From positions 1,426,001-1,490,000 of the forward strand of contig OZ296650.1 of the NCBI GenBank assembly GCA_965655095.1: a DNA stretch of 64,000 bases, in the 5' to 3' direction. The translations under genes and the position numbers were made by a program. Every line of letters begins with the position of its first letter. The stretch's first letter is position 1. The notes under the pieces were generated by a model that was not told the DNA's origin, searched no databases, and saw only the letters and a list, made by a program, of their open reading frames with translations. The DNA is from Haplodiscus bocki (Eukaryota). Below, piece by piece: positions 60,736-64,000 of this stretch.

Positions 60736-63535
60736 GTACACTTCTAAAACTATCAATCATATACAAAATAAACAAAGAAATGAATAAACAAATAGATATT
60801 ATATTCCATAATCTATCATAACTAATGAACCTAAATTTAAGTGTTTTCAATGTTTTTTTCCACTGTATCGTATTTTTTCTCAGCAGGTTTAGAATATATT
60901 GCTTTGATAAATCTAGCAAAAATTCGGAAAAAAAAATAATTTTTATATTGGAAGTGATATCGGATAGATATCGATGGCGATTTATTTACCTGTATTTGAG
61001 GCAGAACTTCCTTTATTAGCAACCTCGTTTTTGCTATTGAACAACGCAACCCCATAACCTTTTCCCTCCGGACATAATTTAGCCTCAGAAACTTGAAAAA
61101 ATGCTCATAAAACCAGACATTTTACTGAATTCCAATACATTCCCACCCATTCTTAAAAAATGATGTTAACATTGAGAAAATAAAAGGGTTTATTTGAGTA
61201 AATGAATGAAAATGAGGGGGAGGGTTGTATAAAAACTTGGAAAAAAGAATGAATTATTTCTGGGAGTGAGTAGGTTATAGGGTATGGTTCCTCAACAGCA
61301 AAACGAGGCCACTGAAGTTTCCATTTAAAATTGGTTTCTGTCTAACTGCAAGGCATTTTTCCCTTAAGCACTGTACCAATAGTTGAAAAAAATCAATGCC
61401 TACAAAAACTTCACACTTTCACTCATTTTCACAGTCTGCGAGTGGCCACATGTTCACTCGGTTACCAGCCCGGATTAGAAGTGAAAAACATTTTACAACA
61501 ATTTCCCGGTCACTCCTACTACCAAGTACTTCCTCCCCAATTCATATACTCAAGCTGGAATATTCTTGCTTCTACAACTTTTCCGATTCCCTTTAATCCC
61601 ACAGTTTGCGAAAAGTACCACTTTTGTGCAGATATTACCGCGCTTCGGAATTAAAGCTTATTCCCCACTTCAACGGCCACTACAACTACTTAGCCTATTC
61701 CCACTGACCCCTACGTAAGTTGGAACAACGCCAAAGCTTCAAGAATGTCTGATCCCCTCCTCTCCAGCAACTTAGGACAAGTACTAGCCTTGCCCGAACA
61801 CTACCCCGGCCTAGAGTCGAAAGCCATTCCCCACTGTAACTTCATCGACCACTCCAGCTACATAGACTTTCTAACTTAACCCATTTATCCTAGTTAAAAT
61901 AATATCGACGTTTTTTAAGACTTCTTTTGACTCTTTTCATTTCCACGCACCAGAAAAGCGAACTACATTGCGCAGTTACTACGCTGGATCAGAATTAGGG
62001 ATTTTTCGGCTTATTTTCGTCCGGCCCTCCCACCACTTAGCCTATTTTTTCTAACTCCAGTATCTATGTTGGAAAAATCTCGAGTAACTATTTTCCTCAT
62101 CACAGCTTGGGAAAGCACCGGCTTTGCCTGAATACTAAACTGATACAGATCTGGTACCTTTTGACCACTTCAGCTCCCCCGGTCCCTCGCATTAGTGGTT
62201 TTTAGTGAAAGAACAGTCAGAGGGATTCAAATAATTTTTTTTAAAAAAAACTTTCTTAATCTAACAGGCTCTATGCTCGCCTATGGCACCCCTTCAACTC
62301 ACATTTCGTTTTCCCGAGATTTGCAATAAATGAAGTCAAAAGTTCTCGTAAAAACATTTTTGTAAGTACATTGACTGGGGAGCAAGAGAAAAGCTGCTAC
62401 TATGATGGTCCATGTAGTCCCCCTGTAATCCCCCCATGCAGAACGTCGCACTTGAAGTCTTATTCGGACAAAGTCATAAAATTGTGTACCAGAATGCGGT
62501 ACAAAACAAAATCCGAATAAGAATACTTTGTAGAATTCAAATTTTCCAAAGTCTCGAAGCGTCAAGATATTTTGCGTGGAACGTTGCTGACGGCACATCC
62601 GGCTTTTCCACAGGCTAAACAGTTTGAGGGATTTCAAAACAGCAATGGATGGCCACAGTCCAACCAGTAGTCCTGAAGTAGAAAACGTTATTGAGTAGTG
62701 GAAGGAGCCAATTTTGTGGAAAGTCCGCGCTGAAGGAATGAAACTTTACTGACGAAAGTCAAAATGTGACAAGAAAATCACAGACGCCCCAGGAGGCCCG
62801 ATATTCACATACTCAGGAAGTATCTTTTTAATTTTGAAAAAGTTAATTCTGAAGTAAAATCAGCTGTATTAGGCTGCATCATCTGTACCATATTAGTTTG
62901 CATTGGTAACAATGTTCACATGGAAGGCTAAAAAGCAAAACGTTTGCAAAAATCGCGAAAATAACTAACTTTGTTCGACCATAAAGCATCAAAAACGCCA
63001 TTTACACCACTGAGAAAGGTTAAATTAAAACGGTTCAATAAATCAGCTGTCTTTTGCCAGCAGAGTCAAGGTGTATTCGTGGTAATAGCTGGAAAGTTGA
63101 AAAAGAAAGCAAAAATGCGAAATCTGACATTAACAAAACCAGCTGTTTTTGGCTGATTCTACAACAATAAAAACGCCATATTTTGGACCACGCTTTCAGA
63201 ATTTGTATTTTTTGATCATTTGTATTGATTCGTGCTCAATGCGTACGTGAAAAAAAAAGAATTCGCACGGGAAAATTCAAAAAAATTCAGACATCCTAAA
63301 CTACAGACCAGAAACTGTTTTTTTCCGGAAAAAAAAATTCTAAAAATGCGTTTGCTTTCTGACAGAGTAATTCTGTGGGAAAAATTATTCAGAACGTAAA
63401 AATATCTCCAACCGGACGATTTTCGGTTTGGAAACTACATCTGCTTTTTGGTCCAATTTTGAGCTTAAATTATCATTTTCCAGTGAGAGGCATCAGAAAA
63501 GATTTTGCTCCAAGAAAAAAAGCTCAATATTGGCT

Positions 63536-63950
63536 TGATCCCTGTTGCCGCGTGCCCTGCTCCGGCGTCAGAATATTAGCTTCTTTTCTTATACCACCGC
63601 TTCGCGGCCATTCCGCCCTTTGGGGCTTGTAAAACTACGGAAGGCCATTGGGTTTGCACGCACAAGGCATGGGAATGTGATAATTCAAGGTTCCCATGTC
63701 ATATGCAGCAAGCATTTTGGAGAAAAATGTCTTTCGCCATAAATAAAATTTTCAAAAAAAAATAAAAATTCTCGCCAAAAAACGCGCATTTTTCAACGTC
63801 AGAGATTAAAGTGTCGCTTCAAATCCTAATGCTGTTCGACTTGGACAAAACGACAACGGAAATGTAAAATTTTAGCGTGTTTGAATAGAGGTTCCTAAAA
63901 ACTGATTCGGTAGTTGAAAAACCAGTTGGCTGCTTCACAGCAGCGCTAGA
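63536..63950 (+). repeat. Dispersed repeat, copy 2 (see 3475-3886)
   Basis: Collinear shared blocks with copy 1. Confidence 0.85.
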
Positions 63951-64000
63951 CTTAGTCGCTTCGGTCGCTAACCTCCTCAAAATACTTTACAATTCTGCTA

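Larger units (their letters stand above)
52500..60800. mobile_element. Polinton/adintovirus-like provirus D (same lineage as B, more decayed)
   Basis: Plus strand: hydrophobic ORF, ATPase, conserved ORF, MCP. Minus strand: INT then pPolB. Confidence 0.8.

Noticed and set aside
60800-62200. Polinton terminal inverted repeats
   Set aside because: CCCACT/ACTACT-rich sequence is present, but no matching inverted partner or 6-bp TSD could be found for any of A to D.

Overview
AT-rich eukaryotic, probably animal, genomic DNA dominated by decayed mobile elements; almost all ORF-track entries are pseudogene fragments or chance ORFs. From about 19.9 to 60.8 kb there is a cluster of four truncated, frameshifted Polinton/Maverick (adintovirus-like) proviruses, here called A to D. 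They belong to two lineages: A/C with a classic Maverick-type capsid module and B/D with a different one. pPolB, rve integrase, A32-like ATPase, adenain-like protease, major capsid and penton-like remnants are recognisable. A decayed Penelope-like retroelement (about 16.95-19.9 kb) has RT, GIY-YIG and a 3' minimal hammerhead ribozyme, and unusually carries a PHD finger inside the RT between motifs B' and C. Also present are a MULE transposase remnant, Helentron/HINE-like non-autonomous elements, LTR-retrotransposon fragments, a small MITE, minisatellites and a double fold-back scar at 54.0-54.6 kb. One apparently intact spliced host gene, only partly captured by the ORF track (9913-10027 joined to 10597-10787 or further), encodes a small secreted prepro-protein with a KKR site. 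All calls come from manual translation and motif recognition; no searches were run and pseudogene boundaries are approximate.
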